DNA from: Mucilaginibacter sp.
GTDB taxonomy: Bacteria > Bacteroidota > Bacteroidia > Sphingobacteriales > Sphingobacteriaceae
Length of the DNA: 64,000 bases
Assembly: GCF_035492695.1 (NCBI RefSeq)
Contig: NZ_DATJJC010000026.1
Location: forward strand, 12,846-76,845
Direction of reading: 5' to 3'
Positions 28,665 to 39,446 of this stretch are shown piece by piece (the stretch's first letter is position 1; the number at the start of each line of letters is the position of its first letter). A program made the position numbers and the translations under genes. Below the pieces are notes generated by a model. That model did not search any database and was not told where the DNA came from. It saw only the letters and a program-made list of their open reading frames with translations.

Positions 28665-28808
28665 TAGTACTAAAATTATTAATTTTTATATACGAAAGAG
28701 TCTTTTTTTCTGAAAAAACATGTTTTTGTTAGATTTTATTTGACTTTTTAATAATGTAACACTACTTTTATCTTTAATTAACTATTAACTGATCTTATTA
28801 TTAACGAA

Positions 28809-31800
28809 ATGAAAAAACTTCTACTAGTAAGTTTGTGCTTTCTGATGTTATGCGTAACGCAGGTATTTGCACAAAACCGTACTATTACAGGTACGGTTAC
28901 GGCCAAAGAGGATGGCCTTCCCATTCCGGGAGCCACAGTAAAGGTGAAGAATTCGACTGTAGTTACAGTATCTAACTCAGCCGGTAAGTATTCACTAAGT
29001 GTGCCACCAGGTTCCTCAATCCAGGTATCCTTTGTGGGCTACACTACCCAAACAATTGCCGTAGGCAATCAATCCACCATTAATGTGGTATTGGTTTCGT
29101 CCGCAAATCAATTGGGCGAGGTTGTTGTAACCACCTCACTGGGCATCAGGCACCAGGCAAAAGAATTAGGTTACTCAGCAGCAACCATTACTCCTAAGGA
29201 GTTGACCCAAACCAACGTAACTAACGTTGCCCAGGGTTTAACGGGTAAGGTTGCAGGCTTGGGTATCTATACGCTTGACAACGGTGTCGACCCTCAGATC
29301 AACGTTAACCTTCGTGGTTTCCGTTCATTGGAAGGTAACAATGGTGCACTGATTGTTATTGATGGTGTTCCCGTGCCGAGCCAAACCATCGGTGCCATTA
29401 ACCCTAACGATATTGCTGACGTTACCATCCTGAAAGGTGCGGGCGCTGCGGCTTTGTATGGTTCACAGGCATCAAACGGCGCTATATTGATCACCTCTAA
29501 AAGAGGAACAGGCGATGGTAAACCACAAATCATTTACCAAAACTCGTTCCAACTTGAAAGGGTAGCATTCTATCCAAAATTACAAAGCAGTTTCGGCCCT
29601 TTCGGTGGTGAGCCAAACTACCTTGATCCGATAACCGGCGCTTCACAGTACGTTCCTTATGAGAACCAGTTGTACGGGCCACGTTTCGATGGATCGATCG
29701 TGCAAGTAGGCGCGCCTTTGGATAGTGCCAATGGTACTGTTATTAAAGTCCCTTATTCTGCGTTAAAAACAAACCCAATACAGCAGTTCTTCCAAACAGG
29801 TATAACCGAACAGAATGATATCTCTTACTCACAGGGTGATGCCAAAAACTCGTTCTATATGTCGGCGCAAAATGCCTACAGGAAAACTGTAGTGCCTGAC
29901 GACAAAAACATTAAGGATGCGTTCAGTGCCAGAGGACACCGTACTTACGGTATATTCTCGGCCGATTACTCTATCAGCTATACAAAAACCGATGTTAGCA
30001 CTTATGTGCATAACAGTAACAACTTTAGCAACCAGTTCCAAAACCAGTTTGGTGGCGTACCCGGAAGCTTTGTGACAAATGCAGGCGCCAATGACTTGTA
30101 TTCATCGGTATTACAATGGCCGGCTTTCCTTGATATCAAAAAATATTCAGATCCTGACTCTGATATAGGTAATGCAAGCAACTTCTATGATGCTTATGCT
30201 ATCAACCCATACTGGATCATCAAACATACCAGGGACAATTATACAAGGGACCAGGTATTATCGCAATTGAAATTGAAATTGGAACCTACTGATTGGTTAT
30301 CTGCAAGCTACCAGGTTTCTAACAACTTTGGTGTTTACCGCGAAAGAATGACCAAACAGGAAGTTGACTTTACAGACTACGGCATCAGCGACTATTGGGG
30401 CGCCGGTAATACTGCATCAGGTTTTACCACCGGTAAAGCCTTAGGAAGTGTTTATGACCTGTATAACTTTGGTGACGGTACCGCGTTCGGAGCCAACCGT
30501 ATTGAAGGTGACGCTGTTATCGATCTTCATCATAACTTCTTCAAGGATTTCAAAACAGAGTTGATCGTAGGTAATACCATTTATCAAACGTATAGCAAAC
30601 AGCAAGCTACCGGCAGCAATCAATTGCTTATCAAGGACTTGTATAACATCAATTACATTGGTGGTTTGATCCAGGCCGCCGAGCAGGAATTCAGACAGCG
30701 TCAGATCGCTTTCTTTGCTGACTTAAACATCAGTTATAAAGGATGGTTAAACCTGGAGGCAACGTTCCGTAACGAACAGGATTCTCGCCTTTCAAAAGCA
30801 CAACGGTCATTTAACTATCCTTCGGCTAAATTGTCATTCATACCAACAGATGCCTTCGCAGCTTTAAGGGACAATAAAATTCTCAGCTTTCTGAAAGTTT
30901 ACGGATCGGTAAGCCAGGTGGGTAACATCAACATCGGAGATTACCAGATTTATAACAACTTTAACCTTGCTCCTGGCTTCCCTTACGGATCGTTGGGTGG
31001 ATTGACGGCAAGTACAACCAATTTTAGTGCAGGCTTGAAACCAGAGTTAACCCGTGAGATCGAGTTTGGTACCGAAATAGGTTTGTTCAGCAACCGTTTG
31101 TATTTCAACTATAGCCACTATCAGCAAAGGGATAAAAACCAGACTGTTTATATAGGTACCTCCATCGCGACAGGTTATAGTTCAGACTTGATCAACATTG
31201 GTGAAACACAGTCGACTGGTAACGAACTCCAGGTTAAAGGAGAGATACTTACACAGGCACAAAATAATTTTGGTTTTACAATGGAGGTTAACTTTTCTCA
31301 GAATGAGTCGAAAGTTGTTTCATTACTTCCCGGTGTTAACCAATTGTCCCTTGGTAATAACCAGTATGCTATCGTAGGTCAGCCGTTCCCGCTGTTAAGG
31401 GGTACTGACTTCGTTCGCGATCCTCAGGGTCATGTAGTTGTAAGCGGAACCACAGGTTATCCAATTCAAAATGGTTCAAACTTAACCACCTTTGGCAGAA
31501 CGACACCTGAATATATCGTTGGTGTGCATCCAACATTTAGTTACAAGTTTGTTAGCTTATCAGGATTATTTGAATATCGTGGCGGTGATGTGGTATTTAA
31601 CCAGATCGGAGGTACAATGACTTTTGCAGGTTCATCTTACCAGTCTGCATCAGCAGGCCGTCAGCCTTTCATTTATCCAAATTCAGTAATTCAAACTTCA
31701 CCAGGTGTTTACACTGCTAATACCAATGTGAACGTTGTAAATGGTAACTACGGTTTCTGGCAAGGTTCTGCTTTCCCAAGCACAAACAGCCCGTTTGTAT

Positions 31801-32066
31801 CAAGCGGCGCTTTCTGGAAATTGCGTGAAATTAACCTGTCGTTCAAGCTAGATCAGTTTATTAAGCAAAGTAAATATATAAAAGGAGCAACGCTTGCATT
31901 TACAGGTCGTAACCTTTTCGTTTGGGTTCCGAAAAGCAACCCTTGGACAGATCCTGAATTCTCAAACCAGGGCCCAACCGGGAACGGTAGCACTCCAGGT
32001 GTAAATAACGTTAACCAATTGCCGGGCACAAGGATATTTGGGGCTGATCTTAAATTAACCTTTTAA
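28809..32066 (+). CDS. SusC/RagA family TonB-dependent transporter
   Basis: Signal peptide; INPNDIADVTILKGAGAAALYGSQASNGAILITSK plug signature; C-terminal Phe. Confidence 0.95.
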   Translation: MKKLLLVSLCFLMLCVTQVFAQNRTITGTVTAKEDGLPIPGATVKVKNSTVVTVSNSAGKYSLSVPPGSSIQVSFVGYTTQTIAVGNQSTINVVLVSSANQLGEVVVTTSLGIRHQAKELGYSAATITPKELTQTNVTNVAQGLTGKVAGLGIYTLDNGVDPQINVNLRGFRSLEGNNGALIVIDGVPVPSQTIGAINPNDIADVTILKGAGAAALYGSQASNGAILITSKRGTGDGKPQIIYQNSFQLERVAFYPKLQSSFGPFGGEPNYLDPITGASQYVPYENQLYGPRFDGSIVQVGAPLDSANGTVIKVPYSALKTNPIQQFFQTGITEQNDISYSQGDAKNSFYMSAQNAYRKTVVPDDKNIKDAFSARGHRTYGIFSADYSISYTKTDVSTYVHNSNNFSNQFQNQFGGVPGSFVTNAGANDLYSSVLQWPAFLDIKKYSDPDSDIGNASNFYDAYAINPYWIIKHTRDNYTRDQVLSQLKLKLEPTDWLSASYQVSNNFGVYRERMTKQEVDFTDYGISDYWGAGNTASGFTTGKALGSVYDLYNFGDGTAFGANRIEGDAVIDLHHNFFKDFKTELIVGNTIYQTYSKQQATGSNQLLIKDLYNINYIGGLIQAAEQEFRQRQIAFFADLNISYKGWLNLEATFRNEQDSRLSKAQRSFNYPSAKLSFIPTDAFAALRDNKILSFLKVYGSVSQVGNINIGDYQIYNNFNLAPGFPYGSLGGLTASTTNFSAGLKPELTREIEFGTEIGLFSNRLYFNYSHYQQRDKNQTVYIGTSIATGYSSDLINIGETQSTGNELQVKGEILTQAQNNFGFTMEVNFSQNESKVVSLLPGVNQLSLGNNQYAIVGQPFPLLRGTDFVRDPQGHVVVSGTTGYPIQNGSNLTTFGRTTPEYIVGVHPTFSYKFVSLSGLFEYRGGDVVFNQIGGTMTFAGSSYQSASAGRQPFIYPNSVIQTSPGVYTANTNVNVVNGNYGFWQGSAFPSTNSPFVSSGAFWKLREINLSFKLDQFIKQSKYIKGATLAFTGRNLFVWVPKSNPWTDPEFSNQGPTGNGSTPGVNNVNQLPGTRIFGADLKLTF

Positions 32067-32079
32067 TTGAAGTAAAGAG

Positions 32080-33561
32080 ATGAAAAAATATATTTTAATT
32101 GTAGCAGCATTTTTTACGGCGGGAATTTCCGGATGTAAAAAAGACTATTTGAGCCTTGAGGTGAACCCCAACGTTCCATCGGTCACTACACCGTCGCTTA
32201 GTTTGTCAGCAGCGTTAAATGCTACAGCTTCTTCGGTGGTAAATCAATATGCCGCATATGGTGTTTGGGCTGGTTTTTGGACCACCAGCGGTAACTATGT
32301 CCCTAATCAAACGGTTAATCAATTTAACCTGACTACCGGTTCGTTAAATAGCGACTGGGCTGATTTTTACGGACAACTAACAAACTACAACACTTTGGAA
32401 AATTTGGCCGCGGCAGATCCAAGCCAGGTTAATTTTCAGGCGATTGCTAAAATTATGAAAGCCTATGGTTTTCAGCATTTGGTAGATGAGTTTAATGATG
32501 TACCGTATTCACAGGCCTTCCAGCCTTCTACAATTCTTTTCCCGGCCTATGATAAGGGAACAGATATTTACGAGGACCTTGGCAAACAACTTGACGCAGC
32601 CATCGCACTGATCAAGGGAGCGCCTAGCACCGCGGCCAATCCGGGGACTGCCGACATTGTTTTCGGCGGCGATATGACAGGATGGCTGAAATTTGCAAAT
32701 TCCCTGAAATTACGTTTAGCTATGCGCGTTAGCACCAAGACTCCAGGTGATCCTTTAGTAACAGATCTTGCTTCTACCCAGGCGGACGGTTATCTTGATG
32801 GTGATACGTTCGCAGCAGCGAATCCTGGTTATTCAAATACTACTGGTAAACAGAATCCATTTTATGGTACGTATGGATTTGATGCTTCGGGAAACCCGGT
32901 TTTTGGTAATGTTTATTACAGGGCTAATGACTTTTCAGTAAAGACACTTACCAACTTCAATGATCCGCGCCTTAATGTGTTATACACCAAGGTTCCTACA
33001 TCGAGCACCGACGCTACATTGGTAATTCAAGGTAATATTTTCGGCGATCCGGGTGTTAAATCTAACTCTTATACCAGCGCTATCGGTGCCGGTTTGCTGA
33101 AATCACCATCCCAGGATGCCATATTGTTTTCTGGTGCAGAATCGTTATTTCTGCAGGCTGAAGCAGCAAATAAGGGATTTATCAACGGGAATGCTCAAAC
33201 CCTGTATGAGGCAGGCATAACCGCCTCATTTGAGGCACTGGGACTAACCGCAGGCCAGGCTTCTACTTATTATGGCCAAACTCTGCCCAATGTAGGCTGG
33301 GCCTCTTCACCAAATAAAGAACAGGCCATACTTACGCAAAAATGGATAGCGCTTAACGGTTATTTCAATTTTGAAGCCTGGAATGAATATCGCAGAACTG
33401 GTATACCGGCGCACCCGTCATCAATTGACCCAGCCGCTATCAGTGCAACATATCCAACCAGGGTACTATATCCAACATCTGAGTTAAGCACAAACCCAAC
33501 CAATTTAGCTAAAGAAGGAACGATAGACGTGTTCACAAGCAAAATATTCTGGGCCCAATAA
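32080..33561 (+). CDS. SusD/RagB family lipoprotein
   Basis: Lipobox ISGC, DPRL, ESLFLQAEA and EAWNEYRRTG. Confidence 0.93.
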   Translation: MKKYILIVAAFFTAGISGCKKDYLSLEVNPNVPSVTTPSLSLSAALNATASSVVNQYAAYGVWAGFWTTSGNYVPNQTVNQFNLTTGSLNSDWADFYGQLTNYNTLENLAAADPSQVNFQAIAKIMKAYGFQHLVDEFNDVPYSQAFQPSTILFPAYDKGTDIYEDLGKQLDAAIALIKGAPSTAANPGTADIVFGGDMTGWLKFANSLKLRLAMRVSTKTPGDPLVTDLASTQADGYLDGDTFAAANPGYSNTTGKQNPFYGTYGFDASGNPVFGNVYYRANDFSVKTLTNFNDPRLNVLYTKVPTSSTDATLVIQGNIFGDPGVKSNSYTSAIGAGLLKSPSQDAILFSGAESLFLQAEAANKGFINGNAQTLYEAGITASFEALGLTAGQASTYYGQTLPNVGWASSPNKEQAILTQKWIALNGYFNFEAWNEYRRTGIPAHPSSIDPAAISATYPTRVLYPTSELSTNPTNLAKEGTIDVFTSKIFWAQ

Positions 33562-33572
33562 TTTAAAAAACA

Positions 33573-34532
33573 ATGAAAAAGAGATTATATTTTATTTCCA
33601 CGCTACTTTTGGCCGCGACGGCGCTTAGTTTAAGCTCATGTCTTAAGGACCCACGGTATGTAGATTTCAGCAAGGCTGGAAATGTGGTTAATATGCCTTT
33701 TAGCGGTCAGGCTTATTTTGGCAGCGATGCCATTACCGAAGCGCCCGCTGATGATGCTAACGGGACTATTGTAAGGCAATTTTCTGTCAACGTGGCGACT
33801 GCTAACCCACCGACTACTGATACTAAAGTTACGTTAGCCGTTGACAATTCGTTGGTTGATACCTACAACGCTTTGGGTGGCCCGGTTACTTATGAAGCAA
33901 TGCCTGCCGAAGCTTATTCGTTTACAACCACTGAGGTTACTGTACCTGCAGGAAAGCAATATGCAGTTACATCCGTAACTTTTTATAAAAACCTGCTTGA
34001 TCCTTCAAAAAGCTATATGCTGCCTATTAAGATAGCAAGCACTACGGGAGGATACACCATTAGCGGTAACCTTGGTGTACATTACTATCACTTTATAGGT
34101 AACGACTTTGCCGGTGTTTATGAGCACTTTTATACCCGGTGGAATGTGGCTGATTCTACAACAGCAGCTCCATCTACTCCGCGTACAGACGAAGGAACGG
34201 ACATAATCAATCCGGTTACCCCAACTGAATTTACGGTGGTAACGGATTATTTCACCCAACCTCGTTATGATGTTACGTTCACTAAAACCGGCACTGGAGC
34301 GTCAGCTACTTACTCAAACTTCCAGATAGGATTTTATGGAACAGATGTAGCTGATTTGTTTACCCCGAACGGAGTTTCGGTGGGTACACAGCCTCAGATA
34401 TTGCCTGCCGATTATCATACGAATCCCTACGATCCTAACAAGCAATACACTTACGCGGAAGCGTTAAAGCTGTTCAGGTTTTATTTCACCACGGCCTCAA
34501 GGTCGATTATCGACGAATTTATCAAGCCGTAG
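33573..34532 (+). CDS. DUF1735 (BT_3987-like) lipoprotein
   Basis: Lipobox LSSC; LVDTYN...YMLPIKIAS pattern; follows susD. Confidence 0.75.
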   Translation: MKKRLYFISTLLLAATALSLSSCLKDPRYVDFSKAGNVVNMPFSGQAYFGSDAITEAPADDANGTIVRQFSVNVATANPPTTDTKVTLAVDNSLVDTYNALGGPVTYEAMPAEAYSFTTTEVTVPAGKQYAVTSVTFYKNLLDPSKSYMLPIKIASTTGGYTISGNLGVHYYHFIGNDFAGVYEHFYTRWNVADSTTAAPSTPRTDEGTDIINPVTPTEFTVVTDYFTQPRYDVTFTKTGTGASATYSNFQIGFYGTDVADLFTPNGVSVGTQPQILPADYHTNPYDPNKQYTYAEALKLFRFYFTTASRSIIDEFIKP

Positions 34533-34551
34533 TAGTTATTACAAAATACTT

Positions 34552-34585
34552 AAGCCTCCCGGTAAAACCGGGAGGCTTTTTTTTT
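34552..34585 (+). terminator. Intrinsic terminator of the susC/D operon
   Basis: AAGCCTCCCGG-TAAAA-CCGGGAGGCTT followed by a T-run. Confidence 0.85.
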
Positions 34586-34693
34586 GACTGGGGCGTGAAG
34601 ATATTATGTAACATAATTGTTAGAGATAAATGAAAACTAAACTTTTGGGAAATAAATCTGAAATACTATTTTAGCCCAAATGATAATTAATTT

Positions 34694-35665
34694 ATGAAAA
34701 AAACTATTCTATCGTGCCTTTTAGCCTTATCAATGGCACAAATAGCATCCGCACAGGAGACCGCAGCGAGTGGCTCGGTAAAAGATGACAATGGAACGCC
34801 CCTCCGTTATGTATTTATATTGGATGCGCAAAGCAAATCTGCCGCCCTTACTGATTCGCTCGGAAATTTTAATATCAAGGCGTCAACTGATTCCAAATTA
34901 CAATTTGCGTTACCCGGATACAAAGATGTGGCAATGCCTGTTAATAAAAGTGGTGCAGGTTTGCAGGTGGTCTTAAAGGAAACTAATCCTGGTGCTGTTA
35001 AGGCAACAGACAGCGTAGGCGCGAACCTAACTAACCGGATCGAAAAAACGGATGTAACGTCATTACGCATGGGCGGACAGATTGCTCCTGGTCATCAGAA
35101 GGGCAATTTGGTTGGAAGCCAGTATTTTTTTGACACCTTTGCGCATGGATTTATTGTGGAACCATCGGGCAATATTGTTTACAGTTCTGATAACCTGCTA
35201 AATTTTGATAAGATAAGAGGGGGGCTTTTATTAGCCAAAGACCCCAAAAATATTGAACTGGTAGATTGGGATCGCGTGAAAGGGTTCACGTTATACAGCC
35301 CGGCAGGTGTTCGTTTTGATTTTGAAAAGGACACCACTATTAACCCAACCCATTTTTTGCAGGTGATTGCTACCGGTCCGAAATATAAAATTTACAAGCT
35401 TATAAAAACCAGGTTCGTTCGGTCTGATTACGTGAATAACGGAGCTGCACCGCATGGGCATGATTATGACGAGTTTGTGGATGATGCCGATTATTTCGTG
35501 GTAGATGTGCAGGCAAACAAGCATATGGAATTATCACTTAAAAAGAAATCACTTAAAGCAGATTTTGCTAAGGAAGGTGATAAGATAGAAAAGTATTTGA
35601 AAGATAACTCCGGAAGAATTGATGATGCTTATTTGAGTAAACTGGGCGACTATATGAACCAGTAA
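34694..35665 (+). CDS. Exported hypothetical protein with a carboxypeptidase-regulatory-like N-terminal domain
   Basis: Signal peptide; SGSVKDDNGTPL...TDSLGNF beta-sandwich pattern. Confidence 0.7.
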   Translation: MKKTILSCLLALSMAQIASAQETAASGSVKDDNGTPLRYVFILDAQSKSAALTDSLGNFNIKASTDSKLQFALPGYKDVAMPVNKSGAGLQVVLKETNPGAVKATDSVGANLTNRIEKTDVTSLRMGGQIAPGHQKGNLVGSQYFFDTFAHGFIVEPSGNIVYSSDNLLNFDKIRGGLLLAKDPKNIELVDWDRVKGFTLYSPAGVRFDFEKDTTINPTHFLQVIATGPKYKIYKLIKTRFVRSDYVNNGAAPHGHDYDEFVDDADYFVVDVQANKHMELSLKKKSLKADFAKEGDKIEKYLKDNSGRIDDAYLSKLGDYMNQ

Positions 35666-35684
35666 TTAAAAATATATCCCTTTG

Positions 35685-35725
35685 AAAACAGCAAGACGCG
35701 GCCCCGAAGCCGCGTTCGCTGTTTT
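35685..35725. terminator. Hairpin between convergent genes
   Basis: AAAACAGC-AA-GACGCGGC-CCCGAA-GCCGCGTT-C-GCTGTTTT. Confidence 0.6.
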
Positions 35726-35735
35726 AGGTAAAAAG

Positions 35736-36143
35736 CTATTTTTTATCGGCGCTGTACTTACCTGGCCCCAGGAAAAGGAGCCCGGCAAACATAACAGCGG
35801 TTTCAATAGCTTGCGCGGCATCGCCCAGGCCACCGCCGTTGCCAAAATGAGAAAAAGCGGCAACTACAAGGGTTATCACAAATAACAGGCAGACGAGCCT
35901 GAAAGCTAATCCGATGATCACAAGGAAACCGCCAACAGTTTCAACAAGTGCCGCCAGCAGGCCCCATACAACCGGCAGAAAATGAATGCCAACATATTTT
36001 GTCGACTCTCCTAACCCTTCCCAGGTTTTTACACCCCCGGTAAGCAGCGGCCAGCCATGATAAATAAACATACCGCCCAGGCCAAGGCGTATAATCAATA
36101 ATCCAAAATTTTTGTAATTCCCTAAAGCGCCAAATAATGCCAT
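35736..36143 (-). CDS. DoxX family membrane protein
   Basis: GLLIIRLGLG...HGW, ETVGG and GPGKYSAD. Confidence 0.88.
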   Translation of the reverse strand: MALFGALGNYKNFGLLIIRLGLGGMFIYHGWPLLTGGVKTWEGLGESTKYVGIHFLPVVWGLLAALVETVGGFLVIIGLAFRLVCLLFVITLVVAAFSHFGNGGGLGDAAQAIETAVMFAGLLFLGPGKYSADKK

Positions 36144-36192
36144 TGTTTTTAATAATTAAATGTGTTAAAATAGATGTAGTTGCAGATGAACT

Positions 36193-37119
36193 TTAAGATA
36201 AGGCATAAAAGGCCTCCGCCTGTTTTTCATGTACCGATAAAGCGAGCGTTTTCCCAAATATCAGCGACTGGTTATCGGGTATGTGCCCGGCCGGAAAATC
36301 GAAACAAACGGGATAATTATAGTTTTTTACCACTTCCATCACAATTTCGGGGACAGTTTGGCCGAATGGGATATCATTATCCTTCAATTCGGTAAATCCT
36401 CCAACTATAAGCCCTGCAAGGTTTTTCAATTTCCCTGCCCGGTCCAGTGTACGCACCATGCGGTCCACTGAATACAGGTACTCGCCAACGTCCTCAATAA
36501 AAAGTACTTTCCCGTTATAGTCATAGTCAGATACTGAACCCAGCACGGCTACCAGCAGGCTCAAATTTCCGCCAGCCAGGATGCCCGTACCCGTTCCACT
36601 CCGATTTAATTGATGTGATTCGAATTTGTAGCCAAACTCCTCGCCAAACAATGCCTTTCTGAGCGTTTCCAAAGAGTATTTTGAAGCATCCGGCACGGTT
36701 ACCGGCATTTGCCCGTGAATAGTTTGGGTGTTATAATTTTGATGAAGGTGCGCATGTAAAACAGTGATATCGCTGAAGCCGACCAGCCATTTTGGATTAT
36801 TTTCGAAACGGCTGAAATCAACCTTGTCGATCATGCGGATAGTGCCGTAACCACCCCGTGCGGCTATAATAGCTTTAATGCTATCATCGTAGATAAATTT
36901 TTGCAGATCGCGTGCGCGCAGGTCGTCATCCCCGGCAAACTGGTGGTAAGATGCGCTCAATGTTTCGCCCAATACTACTTTAAGTCCCCACGACTCTAAC
37001 AGGGCCACGGCATCGTCCATAGGTTTGGGTAGCTTTTTTGCAGGACAGGTAATAGCAACTTTGTCGCCTTTTTTCAGAAATGGCGGCGAGATCCCGGAAA
37101 TGACCGACGGATTATTCAT
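36193..37119 (-). CDS. LD-carboxypeptidase (S66)
   Basis: ARGGYG, GFSDIT, LFIEDVGE and PAGH. Confidence 0.9.
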   Translation of the reverse strand: MNNPSVISGISPPFLKKGDKVAITCPAKKLPKPMDDAVALLESWGLKVVLGETLSASYHQFAGDDDLRARDLQKFIYDDSIKAIIAARGGYGTIRMIDKVDFSRFENNPKWLVGFSDITVLHAHLHQNYNTQTIHGQMPVTVPDASKYSLETLRKALFGEEFGYKFESHQLNRSGTGTGILAGGNLSLLVAVLGSVSDYDYNGKVLFIEDVGEYLYSVDRMVRTLDRAGKLKNLAGLIVGGFTELKDNDIPFGQTVPEIVMEVVKNYNYPVCFDFPAGHIPDNQSLIFGKTLALSVHEKQAEAFYALS

Positions 37120-37225
37120 TATTATTAATTAAAAACTTGCGGACTTTCCGACTTACGGACTTTCCGACACAAATCAATTATCTTTGCAATCCGTCAACCA
37201 GGCGGATCGGACGCAATTTAACACA

Positions 37226-39298
37226 ATGTCACAACTTAATAAATTTAAACGCTATACTATAACTTCGGCTTTGCCGTACGCTAATGGTCCGCTGCACATC
37301 GGCCACCTGGCAGGGGCATATTTGCCCGCCGATATTTTTGTACGTTACCTGCGCCTTAAAAAGCAGGACGTGGTTTATATCTGCGGTTCCGATGAGCATG
37401 GTGCGGCTATTACCATTAAAGCAAAAAAAGAAGGCACTACGCCACAGGCGATAATTGACAAATATCATAAACAGATAAAGCAAAGCTTTGAAGATTTCGG
37501 CATCGCGTTCGATATTTATCATCGCACGTCATCGCCCATTCATCACGATCTGTCGCAGGAATTTTTCCTGAACCTGTACGAAAAGGATGAATTTGTAGAG
37601 AAATTTTCGGAACAATATTTTGATGAGGATTTTCAGCAGTTTTTAGCCGACCGTTATATCACCGGAACCTGCCCTAACTGCAGTAACCCGAATGCCTATG
37701 GCGACCAATGCGAAAACTGCGGCACATCGCTCAACCCGACAGACCTGATCAATCCGGTATCCACATTAAGCGGTAAAACGCCGATCTTAAAACCAACCAA
37801 GCATTGGTATTTGCCATTGGATAAATACCAGCCCTGGCTGGAAAAATGGATAGACGAAAAGGAAGGTGAATGGAAAGTTAACGTATTCGGGCAATGTAAA
37901 TCGTGGCTCAAATCGGGCCTGCAGCCACGCTCGATGACCCGCGACCTGGATTGGGGTATCGATGTTCCGCTGGAAGAAGCGAAAGGCAAGAAGCTTTACG
38001 TGTGGATGGACGCGCCGATAGGCTATATTTCGGCCACTAAACAATGGGCGCTCGATCATGATAAAGACTGGAAATTATACTGGAAAAAACAGGCTAAGGA
38101 AGAAGACAATGCCTGCCTGATACATTTCATTGGCAAGGATAATATCGTTTTCCATTGTATTATTTTCCCGGCCATTCTGCGTGCGCACGGCGAATATATT
38201 TTGCCGCAAAATGTCCCCGCCAACGAGTTTCTGAATTTGGAGGGCGATAAGCTTTCTACCTCACGTAATCATGCAGTTTGGCTGCACGAATACCTGGAGG
38301 AATTTCCGGGCAAGCAGGACGAGTTGCGCTATGTATTGACATCTATTCTGCCCGAAACAAGCGACAGCGAATTTACCTGGAAGGATTACCAGGCCAGGGT
38401 GAACAATGAGCTGGTGGCTATCCTGGGCAATTTTGTGAATAGGGTGATGATCCTGATGCACAAATTTTTTGACGGGAAAGTGGAAAGTGCCGCGGGTAAA
38501 ATTGTATTGGACGAACCGGTTATCGACACGGAACTTTGCCGGCTTTATGATGAATTGGAACGCGGCCTCGAAACCTACAAATTCAGGCAGGGCATGCAAA
38601 CCGTTATGGATATAGCACGCATCGGCAATAAATACCTGACCGAAAAAGAGCCCTGGAAGACCATAAAAACGGATCCGGACGACGCCCGCAAAACTTTGCA
38701 CAATTGCCTGGTGCTGATAGGTCACCTGGCCGCATGCCTGCAGCCGTTTTTACCGGCAACTGCTAAGAAAACGTTGCACATGCTGAATTGGCCTGCCGAC
38801 CAGGTAGGTTTTGATGAAGAAATGGCCTTCCCGTCAGGACATCAGCTGAACCCGGCTGCTTTGCTGTTTGAAAAGGTTGAAGATGGCCCTATAGAAGCGC
38901 AAATAGCAAAACTGGAATCAAAAAAACAGCAGTCGGCCCAGGCTAAAAGTATTCATGTGCCCGAGCCTAAAGAGAATATCAGCTATGAAGCTTTCGCGAC
39001 GATGGATATCCGTGTAGGTACAATACTGACGGCGGAAAAGGTTGCTAAAACCAAAAAGTTGCTGAAACTAACCATCGATACAGGTATCGATCAGCGTACG
39101 GTAGTGTCAGGACTGGCCGAGCAATACGAACCCGAAGCCATCATCGGTAAAAGGGTAAGCATACTGGTAAACCTGGAGCCACGGGAAATTAAAGGCATCC
39201 TGTCGCAAGGCATGATCCTGATGGCCGAGGACAGTGAAGGCAAGCTAAGCTTTGTACAACCTGCCGACGACCTGCATAATGGTTCTGTTGTAAGATAA
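37226..39298 (+). CDS. metG: Methionine--tRNA ligase
   Basis: TSALPYANGPLHIGH (HIGH), Zn knuckle, KLSTS and a C-terminal tRNA-binding domain; ATG 37226, TATCTTTG promoter at 37179-37186. Confidence 0.97.
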   Translation: MSQLNKFKRYTITSALPYANGPLHIGHLAGAYLPADIFVRYLRLKKQDVVYICGSDEHGAAITIKAKKEGTTPQAIIDKYHKQIKQSFEDFGIAFDIYHRTSSPIHHDLSQEFFLNLYEKDEFVEKFSEQYFDEDFQQFLADRYITGTCPNCSNPNAYGDQCENCGTSLNPTDLINPVSTLSGKTPILKPTKHWYLPLDKYQPWLEKWIDEKEGEWKVNVFGQCKSWLKSGLQPRSMTRDLDWGIDVPLEEAKGKKLYVWMDAPIGYISATKQWALDHDKDWKLYWKKQAKEEDNACLIHFIGKDNIVFHCIIFPAILRAHGEYILPQNVPANEFLNLEGDKLSTSRNHAVWLHEYLEEFPGKQDELRYVLTSILPETSDSEFTWKDYQARVNNELVAILGNFVNRVMILMHKFFDGKVESAAGKIVLDEPVIDTELCRLYDELERGLETYKFRQGMQTVMDIARIGNKYLTEKEPWKTIKTDPDDARKTLHNCLVLIGHLAACLQPFLPATAKKTLHMLNWPADQVGFDEEMAFPSGHQLNPAALLFEKVEDGPIEAQIAKLESKKQQSAQAKSIHVPEPKENISYEAFATMDIRVGTILTAEKVAKTKKLLKLTIDTGIDQRTVVSGLAEQYEPEAIIGKRVSILVNLEPREIKGILSQGMILMAEDSEGKLSFVQPADDLHNGSVVR

Positions 39299-39368
39299 GA
39301 GATAAATTTGCACCTTTGCAGCTTAGAATATGCATATCTGCACATCCACGCATTTGCACATTCGACAA

Positions 39369-39440
39369 GGTCCCGTAGTTCAACGGATAGAATAGGAGTT
39401 TCCTAAACTCTAGATATGAGTTCGATTCTCGTCGGGACCA
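39369..39440 (+). tRNA. tRNA-Arg (anticodon CCT), CCA not encoded
   Basis: Cloverleaf: acceptor GGTCCCG/CGGGACC, anticodon arm GGAGT-TTCCTAA-ACTCT, T-loop TTCGATT. Confidence 0.93.
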
Positions 39441-39446
39441 CTAAAA
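39425..39446 (+). repeat. attL core (3' end of tRNA-Arg)
   Basis: ATTCTCGTCGGGACCACTAAAA, identical to 53599-53620. Confidence 0.92.
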
